DNA of 63,525 nt, filler included, from Octopus bimaculoides (Eukaryota): the NCBI RefSeq assembly GCF_001194135.2. It is 5 parts of 4 records of this genome, joined end to end, with 100 filler letters (N's around TTAATTAATTAA, not from the genome) between each part and the next. Parts side by side here need not be neighbours in the genome. Positions count along the whole stretch, not along the records: positions 34,539 to 55,398 come from NC_068983.1; 4 more parts are not named here. The stretch is one strand, 5' to 3'. Positions 35,180-49,967 of the stretch are shown here, one piece after another. The first letter of the stretch is position 1. Each line of letters begins with the position of its first letter. Position numbers and translations under genes: made by a program. The notes under the pieces are model-generated. The model did no database searches and was not told the origin of the DNA. It saw only the letters and a program-made list of their open reading frames with translations.

Positions 35180-37713
35180 GTGAATAACGGCGGTAATGAA
35201 ACTGAAAACCTAGATGGTGATAGTGTTGCACCCGGAAAGCTCAGAGATACTGGTCCGACTCCAGCCTGTCGTTATCCAGCAAGGGACCAGCACAAACGGC
35301 GTAGATGAAACACTCAAGCCAATGCAGTTTGTCATGGAGTGTTATTACCTGAACAACCCCGTAGACGAAAATGGTGTTCATCTTAGGGGATACCGACAAC
35401 ATATGTATGATCAATGAAAAGAAAGAAGATTGTTTCAACTCACGGAACAGAGATTATGTGATCAAGCCAGAGCAATAAGAAGAAATCGTTGATTCACAGA
35501 AGTAGAGCTTGAATGTATCAAAAAGCGAGTATTGGAAAACAGCAGCAGAGGAAACGATGAAAATAGAGTTCCTAGTGATAAAAGTAATCTCATAGCAGAA
35601 AACAGATATGAAATCTCAAATAAGCCACAGGAAAGGAACAGTGATAGCTTGCTCGATGAGAGACATGTAGATGGTTTGGAAGAAGAAAATAAAATTAATG
35701 GTGACATGACAGATGGGCAAAAGACGATCTAAGACAGGATAAAGGCAAGGATACGGGAGAACGATAGCGACATTATTTGCTACCTTAAAAGTTTGATCGT
35801 TGGAAATTGACCCAGGAAACAAAAAATGTGAATGAAATTCTGAAATGCATCAGAACACAAAACATCACAGAAACAAACAATTTGATCAAGGCAGCAAGTA
35901 TTGCTGTAGCAGAAAATGTGGGTGCTGATGTCAAGAAAAAGAAATGTAATGGGAGTGACAAAAGAAAAGATCCATGGTGGGAAAGACGAATGTAGGTAGA
36001 GTTAGATATGCTTTCGAAAGACATTTTTGTGTTAGACCGAAAAAAGAAGTGGGAGCTTAAAAGTGAACAGAAATACAGGACACTGAACAGGAAGTATGGT
36101 ATTGAAAGAAAGGGTGTGAAAGTGGTAATGGAGGAACTGAAACAGCGCCTCGTTGCAAAGAAAGCAAAGATGGTAAGATACAACTCCAAAATGAGTGGGT
36201 ACCAGCAGAATAGGTTATTCAGAGTAGATCACAAGTGATTCTACAAAGAAATAAATAAGGAGTGTACAGATGAAAAGTTGATACCAGATAACATTGAAAG
36301 TCAAAGGTTTTGGTGACATGTGGAGTAAAGACAAGGAGCACAAGAAGGATGCTGAATGGTTGCAAGAATTGAAACAAACAGTGGTCTGTCCACAACAGGC
36401 AGAACTAGACATTTCAGTTAGGGAAGTGAAGGAAATTAGCAAAAAAAAATGAGCAACTGGAAGGCCCCGGCACCAGATGAAGTCCAAGGCCACTGGATCA
36501 GGAAATTTGGTGAATGTCATGCACGAATAGCTGCACAGCTCAACACCCTGTTAATTACCGACCAAGTAACACTAGAATGGTTCACAATGGGTAGTACAGT
36601 GCTGTGCTTGAAAAACATCGAAAAAGGCAATACGGTAGACAATTGCACACCGATATCCTGCTTGCCACTTATGTGGAAATTATTGACTGGAAGATTCAAA
36701 GTACGGACATCTGGAAAAAAATGGAGTCCTGCCACGTGAGCAGAAGGAATGCAAGTGTAAGTGTAGAGGTACCAAGGATCAACTCCTGGTAGACAAAACT
36801 GTACTTAGAGATAGCAGGAGAGAAACTAACTAAACCATGTCATGGATCGATTATCGTAAGGCGTATATGATCCCACATTCTTGGATTATGGAACGTGTGA
36901 ACCTATTTGATATTGCATCGAATGTTGAGCGATTGCTTGGAAAAAGTAAGGCGAAGTGGTAGACGGAACTGACAGCATATGGAAGAAGTTTAGAGACAAT
37001 AGAAACCAGGAGAGGCATCTTCCAAGCGGACTGCCTGTCCCCACTGATCTTTGCACTGTGCTTGATACCACAAACACTAATTCTAAGGAAAGCAAATGCT
37101 AGGTATGTATTCAAAAGCCGCCAACAAAAAGTCAACAACTTGCTATTCACAGATGACCTCAAACTTTATGGTAAAGATGAAGCCCAAGTCAGTTACCTTG
37201 TTGATACGGACTGAAAAAGTGTAGTGTGTTAGTCTTGAACAGAGGCAAAATCAAATGTATGGACGGGCTAGCGATACTGCGGGGAGGTTATGAATCAGAT
37301 AGAAGAGACGGGCTATAAGTACTTGGGGATATTGGAAATGGATAAATTGATGGAGAAAGAAATGACAGAATAATTTAAGGTGGAGTACAGAATAAGATTG
37401 AAGCTATCAACACCTAGGCGGTTTCACTACTTAGATATTCAGCAGGGGTAATCGCATAGACAGCAGACGAACTAAACAGCTTAGACAGAAAGACAAGGAA
37501 GTTGCTGACTAGATATGAGATACCCCACCCAAACAGTGATATAGACAGACTGTATGTACCAAGAAAAAGAGGGGGAAGAGGAAATATTGGATGCGAATAC
37601 AGCATTAGAGCAGAAGACAACATAGTATCGTATGTAGAAAATGCCAAAGAACAACTGTTATTGGACATAAACGAGTGAAGTGAAAGCACGTTATAAAAGT
37701 AAAACTACTGAAC

Positions 37714-37752
<39 letters not shown>

Positions 37753-37760
37753 AATAATGA

Positions 37761-37829
<69 letters not shown>

Positions 37830-38750
37830 GCTTCATTTTGTCATGAAGCAGAGCAAAAGATTTGTTAGTAACTTCGTGCATAGCACCTAGTTTGAACAAC
37901 ATGATGGAAGTGCAACAACTGTTGTGGCAAAGAAGATGAGATCCATGCCAAAGGAAAAAGTGTTTGAACAATTGGCTCATAGGTGGGAACAAAACCTCTG
38001 CAAGACAAATATGTGGCCCTTAGCAAACAATCTGATGTAGACCAGAAAAACAGTCACCAGTGGCTACGGAGCTCAGTTCGAAAGGCAGAGACCGAAGGCT
38101 TTATCTTAGCTGCTCAAGATCAGAACTTATTGACCCGGTACTATAAAGTCAATGTAATGAAAAATGGAGTAGACACAAAATGCCGATTCTGCAAAGATGA
38201 GATTGAAATAATGAACCACTTACTCTCTGGGTAAAATGTTTTAGCACCTGTAGAGTATAAATCAAGACAAGACAGAGTTGGCCAATATCTACACTAGTTA
38301 ATATGTCGGTATTGTAGAATCAATCTGCTGCTGACAAATGATACAAGCACAGCTCGTAAACTGTAACTGAGAGAGAAACTGTAACGATTCTTTGGGGTTT
38401 TCTAGTACATGCACACCGGACTATCAAATCTAATAAACAAGTTAGTGCTATGAAAGCCCAAAACAATAAAGCCTATTTATTGATCGACATGAGCATATCT
38501 TGTGGTCATAACATTTCGACAAAAGAATTTGAGAAGCTCAGATGATTTAAAGATTTGCTGATTGAAATCGAAAACATGTGGTATCTCAAAACGGTTACAA
38601 TACCAGTAATTGTAGGAGTATTTAGAATGATCAAAAAAGGAACTGAAAATTATTTGAGGACTATCCCTTGCTTACCATCCATGTAAGAAGTACAAAACAT
38701 TGTTTTAACTGATACGTCACACCTATTGAGAAGAGCATTGTCGCTGGAAA
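35180..38750 (+). mobile_element. Decayed near-full-length R4/Dong-like LINE
   Basis: RLCDQARAI N-term, [63 protein letters not shown] knuckle; second 3' tail nested at about 37670-37830. Confidence 0.92.
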
Positions 38751-39143
38751 TTTTCTTTCCCTCTCTTCCTCTATTTTCTGCTTTCGTTTGTTTTCCTTTT
38801 TTAATAATTTTTTCGTCTTTCCTTTTCCTTTCTTTCTTCTCCTTTATTATTATTTTTTTTATTTTTTGTCTATCACACGACTTTGTAAATTAAGCAATCT
38901 GGTGTGTTTATTTTGATGGCCTACCAATATATACAGTGAGTATCTTAGCCCTAAGTCTCGGGAAGACACTTGCCAAAAAATGGAAACAAAATTGAAACAA
39001 GGGAGTAATGATTATAATAACAACAACAACACAAATTTACCAAAGGGAAATCACTATTAGATTCAGCACGGATTTACCGAAGAAATCAATACGAAATTCG
39101 GCTTAGAAAAATGTGCCAAAGCAAGGTTGAAGAGAGAAAAACT

Positions 39144-39826
39144 GGATCTATTTTAAAACGGGGGCCACAGTATTTTCTTAACGAAACACTTTGAAACTTG
39201 GAACACTGGTAGAATGTGTCATATAAAACATCTTTTTCTCTTAGTCTTCTTAAAAAAAAAAAGAAATCCCTAAGTTATTCCATGTTAAAGTTGTCGTATT
39301 TCTGTAATTTCAACCAATCACTGACGTCCATTCAGTCGATATACATTAAGTGACGACTACATAAACAAACGATTCTGAAACAATTCTATCGGTGATAAAA
39401 TTATTATTTCCTTGTCAAAAAATGGCTGAAGCATATTGGCAGTAGCTAATAAACCTTTCTATTATAGGGTTAGGGTTAGNNNNNNNNNNGAAAAAAGCAA
39501 ATTTAAAATGAAAAAAAGCAAATTTAACGAAGGAAAACGAACACACGTGTTGCCTCTCTGCAAATGTCAGAAGTTATGGAGATTAAATACGCTTTACACC
39601 GCTTAATCAGCCAAAGGAGTAAATGTAAACAACTGAATACTTGTCAGTGATTGGTTGAAATTATCGAAATAAGACAATTTTTTACATGAAATAAATTCGA
39701 ATACAAAAATATTTTTCTGTTCTATAACACAAAATAGATAAGTATACGAAGTTTGAAAGTCTTTCGGTACCAAAAACACTACGTAAAACATTAATGAAAA
39801 CTGTGGCCCCGTTTTAAAATAGATCC
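39144..39826. mobile_element. MITE with long TIRs and 8-bp TSD inserted into an R4-like RT fragment
   Basis: ggatctattttaaaacggggg.. / ..ccccgttttaaaatagatcc; gaaaaact on both sides; inner inverted aatttcaaccaatcactgac. Confidence 0.9.
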
Positions 39827-39834
39827 GAAAAACT

Positions 39835-40700
39835 AATTAAGACAACAATATCATACTAGATAAAGAATCTGAAATAACAGGACTAGACCAAGGCTAGGCA
39901 TACAAATACTTAATAATTGATGAACCAAAAGTCAAAGAAGGGATATTATATATATATATGAATTAGATTACTTCTTAAAACAGAGCTATATTAAAATATA
40001 TATAGTATTAAGCATCAATACTTTGCTGTCAGAAATATGTTCCAGTTTTAATATTAATTGGGCGCAAAATGAACAAGTAAGTGTAAACAGGAAAACATGA
40101 AAAATAATGACTGTGCACACCCAGGAATTGAAGGCGATAGAGGCCTTATGCAACTAGAAAACAATTACAAAATATCCGCGACAAGACTATAAAATTATCT
40201 AATTCAGAAACAAGGAAAATTGACGCAAAACATGGTAAGTTCTTTGGAAATGACAAAATAACCATAATCTGGGATATACCATAACCAACAAACAGGGAAG
40301 ATAAGGACAATCGACTAGATAATGTGACGAAGGACAATGAAGAAATAAGCGTCCCATTTCTAAAAGAATTGGAGAGACTATCAAACTGTAAGATCTGGAA
40401 ATGGAAATTAACCGACTGTAGAGTTTGAAAACAGAGACAATTCTTATAATGATACATCATAGTATGACCAAAAACATTCAGGCAACTGCATAATCAAAAT
40501 TCCAGGACTTACGAATATCTATAACTTATACACAATAGCGCTGCTAAGTACCGCGCACATCTTACGGAGAGAGAGCACTTTCAATACAGCAAAAATAACT
40601 TCAAAACAGACCATAGCACACACCCAAGGCACACAGAACGGCGCTTGGTAATACAGTGAACGCACGGAACAAATATATGACTACTAAATGACGACGACGA
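39835..40700 (+). mobile_element. Rearranged R4/Dong-like LINE fragments
   Basis: Continues FGLEKCAKARLK across the MITE; PGLTNIYN...ALLSTAHILR 3' end and (GAT)n. Confidence 0.7.
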
Positions 40701-40731
40701 CGACGACGACGATGATGACGATGATGATGAA

Positions 40732-40799
<68 letters not shown>

Positions 40800-43001
40800 A
40801 GGCAAAGGCCCAAAAAATTTGAGGCTAAATGATCAGTCAGTAGCACAGACCCAGCACTAGACTGGTACTCTACTGTATTGACTGGTACTATACTTGTACT
40901 ATACTGAAAGGATGAAAGACAAAGTCGGTTTCACCTCAGCAGAATTTGAACTCAAAATATAAAGAACAGGAACGGCAACGCGAGAAAGTGCGGCAGAAAC
41001 AGATTGACAGAGAAATAGGCAGAAAGACGAATGTGTTTAATCCTTGAACACTGAAAATTATAAGACATTGTCGGAACTGATTTTTTTGGAATATCTTTTT
41101 GAGTACAGGACATATGGAATGACGTTCGTAAGTCTGATGCGAAATTTTGATCTTTCGCAACATACTATTTGACAGTCGATTGCTTTCAATCAGAACATCG
41201 ATTACTGATTCATTTGGCTGATTTGTCCAGTTTAGGCATTCCTATACTCACACATCTGTTTCTGATCGATTGTGCACAGCTGAATGCACTCAACCATATA
41301 TAAGAATTTGTTTCGTTACAAGTAAGAATTTGTGTCTATGTCACGATATAGTGTAAGTATTCGTTAAATTTTGACCATTTATTAAAGTATCAGGTTTTGA
41401 AACAAATACGAACAGTTAGGGAGAAAAAAAAACATTCATGGGATGCAATTTAATGATCATATACAAGTCAGAGAGTGATACAGTAAATTATATTATATTA
41501 AATTTTGCTTGACAACATAATAATTATATAAGAGTAATGCGTGGAAATTGATGATGCTCTAGTTGTCACTACGTAAAAACCAAATTATTCAAGCAATGAA
41601 ATAAAGTATATGCACAGTATCAGAAAATTTATTCCATTACTAGAGTTATTTGCCTAATAGTTGAAATTAGCTCAATATTCCTCGGGTTACTCTGTGTGCG
41701 GATTATATAATCGTTGATTTATTCGTCCTGGTAGTATAATAATATCTGTAAAATTACATACAGAATATTTTATACCGATCGTATACAGAACATTAACATC
41801 TAATACAGAATGATGGAGAGAGAACGAAATAAACTGGAAAAGAGACAGGAGTGATATATGTAAAAAGCTATATACACCAGTTTCATTAACCAATGTGTCC
41901 TGTTTTTGAATCTTTGAGATGGGATTTGAGGGAGATTTGGTTGCTAATTATAGCCATTCGACAGTGTTTATATTAGTGGTGCATTAGTCTTCCTAGTAAG
42001 CCACACATTACTGACAACGCTATTATGCGTTATGCTGAAGTAATATTTTGAGAACATTCGTTCACAGCTACAAGCTATTGTTCAAGATATTGAATCTGCA
42101 TCCATTGTCATCATGTGTATGTTTTTGTTGCATGACACGCTTTTTCGGGATTTTATTTTTCTAGTAGATTGTATAGAGAAAACCTTTGACGTAAGATGCA
42201 GCATACCTGTAAATCGAAGTTTATTAGTTTGATTTACGACGTCTATAGTTAATGGTTGTCTTCGCAAAGATATGTAGGTTTATTTGCTGGCATATGTATA
42301 TTTGTATGTGTGTCTGTATATATATGTGTGTGTGAGAGAGAGAGAGTGTGTGTTTGTGAGTGTACATACACACGCATACACACATACACATTTATATATG
42401 TGTGTATTATGTATATAAACACATAATATTCCATTTGTGTTAATACTTATGTATGTCAGTAATACACGTACATGTATCAATGGTTCAGAGTGTTTACTTG
42501 AACGTACATTTCATACAGAAGCACACAAACGTGTGTGTATGTGTGTGTGTGCGTGCGTACGTGTGTGTATGTGTGCTTGTGTGTGGGTGTGTGCATATGT
42601 GAATGTGTGTGTATGTGTGTGTGTGTTTTTATGTGTGCGTGTGTGTGTGAGGAGTATGAATGAGTGTCTCACATATGTTAAGAGAAAGAATGTATATGGG
42701 ATGTTTTGGATAGACAAATTTCGTCGTATTTTGTATATGTATGTGTATGTATATAGAGAATTATATAAAATTATATATGTATATATACATATTACAACAC
42801 ATACACACACATTAGTCGCCAAATTCTCGGAACAACAAACTATATACTTTTTCTTCTGCATGCATCCTTTTTTCTAGTGCAAATTTGCAACTACTACAAA
42901 TTACATAAAGAAACTAGGTCTTGTCCTGGTTTCCAGTAGAAGCACAGAAGCACTTTTCATATGCGACATAATATTTGGACAATGTGAAACAGTACTTTTA
43001 C

Positions 43002-43073
43002 TTAGAGTCAATATAATATCCATAAACATAATACAAGCAGTCAACAGATATCTAGAAGCTATCATTATGCTAT
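43002..43073 (-). CDS. Candidate hydrophobic exon (signal peptide or TM), 72 nt, phase 1-1
   Basis: ctgagttttacag|ATAGCATA ATG...ACT CTA A|gtaaaa; MIASRYLLTACIMFMDIILTL; ends in the phase needed to join exon A1; donor weak. Confidence 0.35.
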
Positions 43074-43522
43074 CTGTAAAACTCAGACACAAACCCGAAT
43101 GCAGCGTAGTTAAGGGAAACACTGCTGACTTGAACAGAACCTTCAAAACATCGTGATTCTTCTTTTAAATATTCTTCTCGTAACAAATCTTACGGTTTCA
43201 AGCTACAACTTACTTGAATACTTCTAAAATACTATTAATATAAACTATCGACAATAAAATGTTCTAGAACAATTAGTCAAATATTCTATAAAACGTAAGC
43301 ATACTTTGTTGGACTTTCCCAGAGAGTTTTTCATTTTAGGATGTTCGCATAACAGTATCCCGTCATGGGGCATGGGTATTTCTGCATGAGTATTTCAATC
43401 TGCATTAGTAAAACCTTTCATTTGTTTTATCCTGGAAAGTTTTAGATAGAAATTAAATCTGGTACAAGTGTAATTTCAATATAGACAATGTTATATTATG
43501 GAAGAAAATAATACTAGATAGA

Positions 43523-43672
43523 CGCAGGGGTGGCTGTGTGATAAGAAGCTTACTTCCCAACCACCGATAGAATGTGCTAGGCTTACAAAGAATGAGTCCT
43601 GGGATCGATTTGTCGACTAAAGGCGGTGCTCCAACATGGTCGCAGTCAAATGACTAAAACAAATAAAAGAAC
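43523..43672 (+). mobile_element. Internally deleted SINE family 1
   Basis: Head fused directly to cgatagaat...ggtgctccaacatgg tail. Confidence 0.8.
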
Positions 43673-45073
43673 AAAAAAATAGTTGGTAAAATACTGGTAT
43701 GAAAAAATTCAGCATGATGGAAATATACAAGAAACATACAAAATTCCATGCAAAATATAAGCCAGCTTGTAACTATCACATTACACGCACCGCTTTTCCA
43801 AGGGTATCATACTTTTCTAAATGTACAGTAAACCAAGTAAATATTAAATATTTGGACGACATTGACAGAATTTATTTGGATATAACATCGAGCATTTCCA
43901 TATCTGCAATTTGTTCATGTTAGGTATCACGGAATATTCTGCTGCACTGTTACAATTATTCTGAAAACAATCGGTTGGAGGAGTAACATGCCTTCTAACA
44001 ACCTGGCACATTGTTGATAGAGCCATTTCAAACTTTAACGGGTCAGGAACTACAAATTTTGCCTGACTGCAAAGTTCCACATGCCGAACTAAATTGCGAT
44101 ACCGCATTAGCGCAGATAAGATGAATTGTTCAGTGCCACATCCTAAGAAGGTTCTTCTCGGAAAACATCCAGACTGAGGAAGATCTGTTTATAAAATTAG
44201 CTTTGATAAGTTCTCGCTAGTCAGCCATAGGATGAATTACATCGACAGTGGCAGAACTGGACAGAGTAGCCTCCCCCTACTTCACTATAATACAAGAACA
44301 GAATTCCCTACCATCGGCAACGAATCCGATCATGTAGACAGCCTTTACGAGGAAAACTTTCCAGTGAAAGGGCTTGGATAGCATGATACATTAAGTTGGT
44401 TTTCACAATTATTTCCAGTATCGTCGAAAGTCACACGTATACATCCTCTGTGCGTGTGCGAAACTCTGAGTAACGATTACATGAATCACTCACTGACTTC
44501 ATTGACTCAGTACTCTTCTTTCTTTTACATACAAAACATAAATATAAAAATACACATACATACCCACATATATATACGTATGTGTATATGTATGTATATA
44601 TATAATTATATAAAATTATAAATGCATATATACATACATATTACAACACATACACGCACAAAATATATGCATACATATGTGTATGTGTGTGTGTGCGTGT
44701 GTGTGTGCGTGTGTGTGTGTGTGCGTGCGTGTGTGCGTTCGTGTGCATTCATTTATTTGCACTGAACTTAATCAAATAAAGGTGTAATTCATATGGGTGT
44801 TTTTCTTGAAAGTTATTAGATTAACACAATCGCAACATGCCTACAATTAATCCGAAAACAAAAATTTAACAATCTCAGAACATACGCATGCACACACACA
44901 CGCACATACCATGCATATACATTATATATATNNNNNNNNNNNNNNNNNNNNNNNNNNNNNNNNNNNNNNNNNNNNNNNNNNNNNNNNNNNNNNNNNNNNN
45001 NNNNNNNNNNNNNNNNNNNNNNNNNNNNNNNNNNNNNNNNNNNNNNNNNNNNNNNNNNNNNNNNACATTATGC

Positions 45074-45105
<32 letters not shown>

Positions 45106-45193
45106 AACTGTATACACACAAACTCGTGCAGGACTCATATATAATTACCTCTTCAAAAGAAAATTCACTGGTACCAAACATAGAAACATACAC

Positions 45194-45278
<85 letters not shown>

Positions 45279-45947
45279 CCCATTTCTTCATGCATGTATA
45301 CATTTACATGCACACGTGCAAACAAATAGATATGATCACCCACCCACACGCACGCACGCACGCACGCACGCATATACGTGTGTGCGTGCACGCGTATGAG
45401 AGTGTGTTATGCGCGCGCGCGAATGTGTGTGTGCTGTGTGAGTGTGTGTCCGTATGTATAAGGAAAGAAATCCATACTTAGGCAGTTGCACAGATGCATT
45501 GTAGCACCTGCATATTTATATAATCACAAGTCTATTAAAATCAGAAAATAAAATCAATACCTACTTCCTGTCTAACTGCCTGTAATGGAGCATGCAATCC
45601 AAATTCCATCAAATTGCCTCGCTCACTGTCAGCTTTTTCACCAGAAAAATCGACATGCTGCCGGAAACTACTGAATATGTGTGCATGCATATGTGTGCCT
45701 GTGCTCATGTTTACAAGTGTGTGCGTGTGTATGCTTGTAAGCGTATGTATGCATGTATGCGTGTGTTTGTATGCATATACATATATAGAGAGAGAAACAT
45801 ATATATATGCATGTGGATATATATCCATATTTATGCATGCATACGTGTGTATACATATATATATTTCATTTACATATACATATAGATATGTGTGTGTATG
45901 AGTATGTAAATATGGGCATATATATGTATATGCGTGTATATATATAA

Positions 45948-45985
<38 letters not shown>

Positions 45986-46880
45986 TGATAGACAGAAAAT
46001 CATGTATGTATGTGAATGAGTGCGCATTGGTATACTTTGGATATTCTATAGTTTAAATTTATTAGGTATCTATACAACCACATGTATATAAATAAAATGT
46101 GTGATACATACATATATGTGCATAGAGATGCACACATGTGTAACTTTGTGTGTGTGTGCGTGTGTTTGTGTTTGTGTGTATGTGTCTTTGTTTGTTTGAC
46201 GGGAGGGAAGACAAAGAGAGAAAGCGTGAGAGAGAAACAGAGAGAAAAAAATCTCTGAAAGGTGAGAGCTGATTTATGTATTTATATTTCTATATTATAA
46301 CGATAAATATCTCTCCTAGCCATTGTGTCTCATAATGTTGGTAATTTAGCTCCTGGTTTGAGCAGCGTTAAACAGATGAGAAACGACTCTTCTGCTGGAT
46401 AGGATGCAAATTTACTGCAGGTAGCATTCCCGGAAGTTCTTTTATCGATTCCTACTTAAATAAACTGGAAATATAGACTGAGTATTTTGAAGAGACTTAA
46501 TGAAAAATTGTGACATATACGAACGCAATAACCTTATCTACTCGGCCAATTTCTCTTCATTTTTATCATAAAAGTTTTTGTATTTTTTTTTTATTTATAA
46601 CGCTGAAATGTTCAAATTGGAGCCAATATTCCTTCCCTGAATATAAATGAGTCAAATGAGCTTTTTTTTTTTTTTCATATTTTTTATTTCACTTTTTTAA
46701 AAAATTACTTTTTTTCCNNNNNNNNNNNNNNNNNNNNNNNNNNCCATATTTCTTTCTATATATCAGCTAGCTTCGTTCTTACAGCTACCTTCGCGCCACA
46801 GGTTTTCTGATGTTTTATCACGCAGAGCTAATCGGACTACCCAACGAGAACATCATTATTATTTATCTAAATATTAATTC

Positions 46881-46925
<45 letters not shown>

Positions 46926-47796
46926 GCATTCACATCATTCTGTACGATCATATTGTTATTTCGCAGCATGTCATACGCTCGGTAATTGATAATGTAAAAG
47001 TTTAAAATAAAAACAAAGAATGCAAAAACAAATCGGAAATATCTTTAAGTCGCCAATTTTTATTAACTATATTTCTAACGATGAATGGTGAGATGAAATC
47101 GATGCTTTCTTCGCCCGCTCTTTCCTCTAACATTATACGGAATATACGCAGACATATAATGACAGACACTTAACTGCCTTTGAATCTTAAACACACACAC
47201 CACCGTCGTAGTCGACATCATTCTAATTGAGTAAGACATCCATCTGGTGGTTATCATGCAAGATAAGTTTAACATAAATTGTAAATCAGTCAAATGCTGC
47301 TGATCACTCGTCACACGCAACACGCATACTAAATCAGGATCTAGATCAAATAACAAATGTTATCTGAGAAGACTGACTGGTGCTAGCAAGACGTTGAGTA
47401 TTGAAGTGGTTTCATATTACATTATTTAGGTCTCTAGCAGCTTTTGAACCTGATAGCACCGGAAAATAACAAAATTAATTTCTCTCGTTGATTACAAACT
47501 AGTGTTGATGCCTACTGCTGTTGCTGCAGTTTAACTCCAAGTCGGAGCTGACTGAGTCGACGCAACCTCAAAAGCAATCCAGCTGGCATTATTCCGTTGT
47601 AACTTTTATATATTTGTTCCCTGTATTATGAGTCCACCATATTTTTGAGAACAAAAGGGTGTGACTAGAGAAAGATTCTATTGTTATTTCTTGATCTAGC
47701 TACAACACAGGTGTTCTTTCATTATCTTCCAGCTCACAGTGATAACTTCTGCCAAAATGTGATACATGTTTACATATGTGTACACTAACTGTAATA

Positions 47797-48202
47797 TAGG
47801 CGCATGAGTAGCTGTGTGGCAAATAGCTTGCTTACCAACCACATGGTTCCGGGTTCAGTCCACTGCGTGGCATGTTGGGCAAGTGTCTTCTACTATAGCA
47901 TCGGGCCGACCAAAGCCTTGTGAGTGGATTTGGTAGAAGGAAACTGAAAGAAGCCCGTCGTATATATGTATATATATATGTATGTGTGTATATGTTTGCG
48001 TGACTGTGTTTGTCCCCCAACATTGCTTGACAACCGATGCTGGTGTGTTTACGTCCCCGTAACTTAGCGGTTCGGCAATAGAGATCGATAGACTAAGTAC
48101 TAGGCTTCCAAAGAATAAGTCCTGGGGTCGATTTGTTCGACTAAAGGTGGTGCTCCAACATGGCCACAGCCAAATGACTGAAACAAGTAAAAGAGTAAAG
48201 AG
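47797..48202 (+). mobile_element. SINE family 1, full length
   Basis: Near-identical to the 14911 copy. Confidence 0.9.
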
Positions 48203-49897
48203 TATACCAGTACCCGTTTATTATACATTGCATTTTCTTCTATAATGATCATTAATGTAAGCTGGATAACACGGTAGCTCGAGACTTCGAATTACATGTA
48301 AACATAGAAAAATAAGTCCACTGAATCTAAGCTTGTGCATGTGAAAAAACCTACAGATGTGATTATACACGATCACTCAACCGACTCTATGTATCCACTA
48401 GAACAATGGAGATTTTTGGCTGGTATTTCCAGTAAGTTTAAAGATCACTTAGAGCTCTACTTTTCACGCAAGCCAAACTTCTTTTAGTTTGATATGATTT
48501 ACCAAACATATTTTCGCAGGTTTCTGATTACTACTAATGATATCTTATCACTGAGGTTCAAGGAACTTTCAAATATCAATTTTATATTCTTCTTTATGAA
48601 TATACCCATTCCTATACTAACCCGTCACCCGGATTTCATCACCATCCCTTGATATCAACATCTCTTGGACGTATTTACGATGTCTATTTTTTTAAATATA
48701 TTGTTCAAATCAATATGGATAATTTCATATCATGATATGCTGCTTTCCTCTGCATCTTGATTAAGCATAGTGTCGAAGTGTGTTGTTGGTTATCTGCATC
48801 GTGAGCATCTCTTCCATTTTATACCCCGGATCTCATTGCCCAAAGTTTTCTTTTCCTTTTTAAGACCATAGCGTGTGATTTTAGATATATTTAGCTGCTA
48901 TTTTTGGCAATTGGGTTGACGCATAGAATGCTTCTCGTGGGTTTGTTCAATAGTGTGTTTTTCTTTAGCTTCAGGTCTACGCTGATCGGACTGAAATATA
49001 ACTTTTAAATATTTCAGCGTCATCGGTGATTCAACAGTAGGGATCTTCCACCAAATACGACTTGATCACGATCTCACAACTACCGTCTCATGCACCTAGT
49101 AATCACCCCTATAATCTGAGTCACTCACCGCTGGTGAAAGACTTCCATCGCGTTTCAGGATTTGACCTTCATCAAATGAAGGTCAAACTATAAATCATTA
49201 TATTTTTCACTCTAAATAAAATTATCGAACTACCCTGCCAAATTTTCATAAACAAATTTGGCATATTTGTTAGCTAATACGAACGTACGAATCGTCAACT
49301 AGAATTACAATGCTCTATACACTAAAATAAATCCATACAAACCTAGGATATAATTCTTCCATTATAGCAAGGAAGTTGTCTTCGTAAAGAAAAAAAAGAA
49401 TGGCCAGCAGTTCAGAATTCTATTCTAATATCATTATGCATTAATCGCAGTTTCATACAACGGAATAAATCATAAATCATAGGTATATTTTCATTTTTTC
49501 TATTGTTATCCTAGAAGTTTTTCTCGAAGTTGTTCAAAATTTTATATATTCAATTTTACTTTATAAAATATTATACCAAACATAAAATTCTATACATAAA
49601 TATATAAAATGTCCATGTTGAAACCTTGGATCTTCCACACACACACGCGCGCACACACATGTATACATGAATGCGTATATGAATATACATTTATATATGT
49701 ACATATGTATACATCTACATATGTATGTATATGTAATTGAAATACACATTTAGAATATATGTAAAACAAGAATATATAGTTATATACATATGTACATACA
49801 TATATGCACGTGCATATACATGTCTACATATACATGCATATATGTATATATGCATGTGTATATAAATATATATATGTGCATATGTACACACCCATAC

Positions 49898-49967
<70 letters not shown>

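Noticed and set aside
43844-44390. Non-repetitive ORF-like patches on both strands
   Set aside because: No recognisable motif or convincing splice pair; could be decayed TE.
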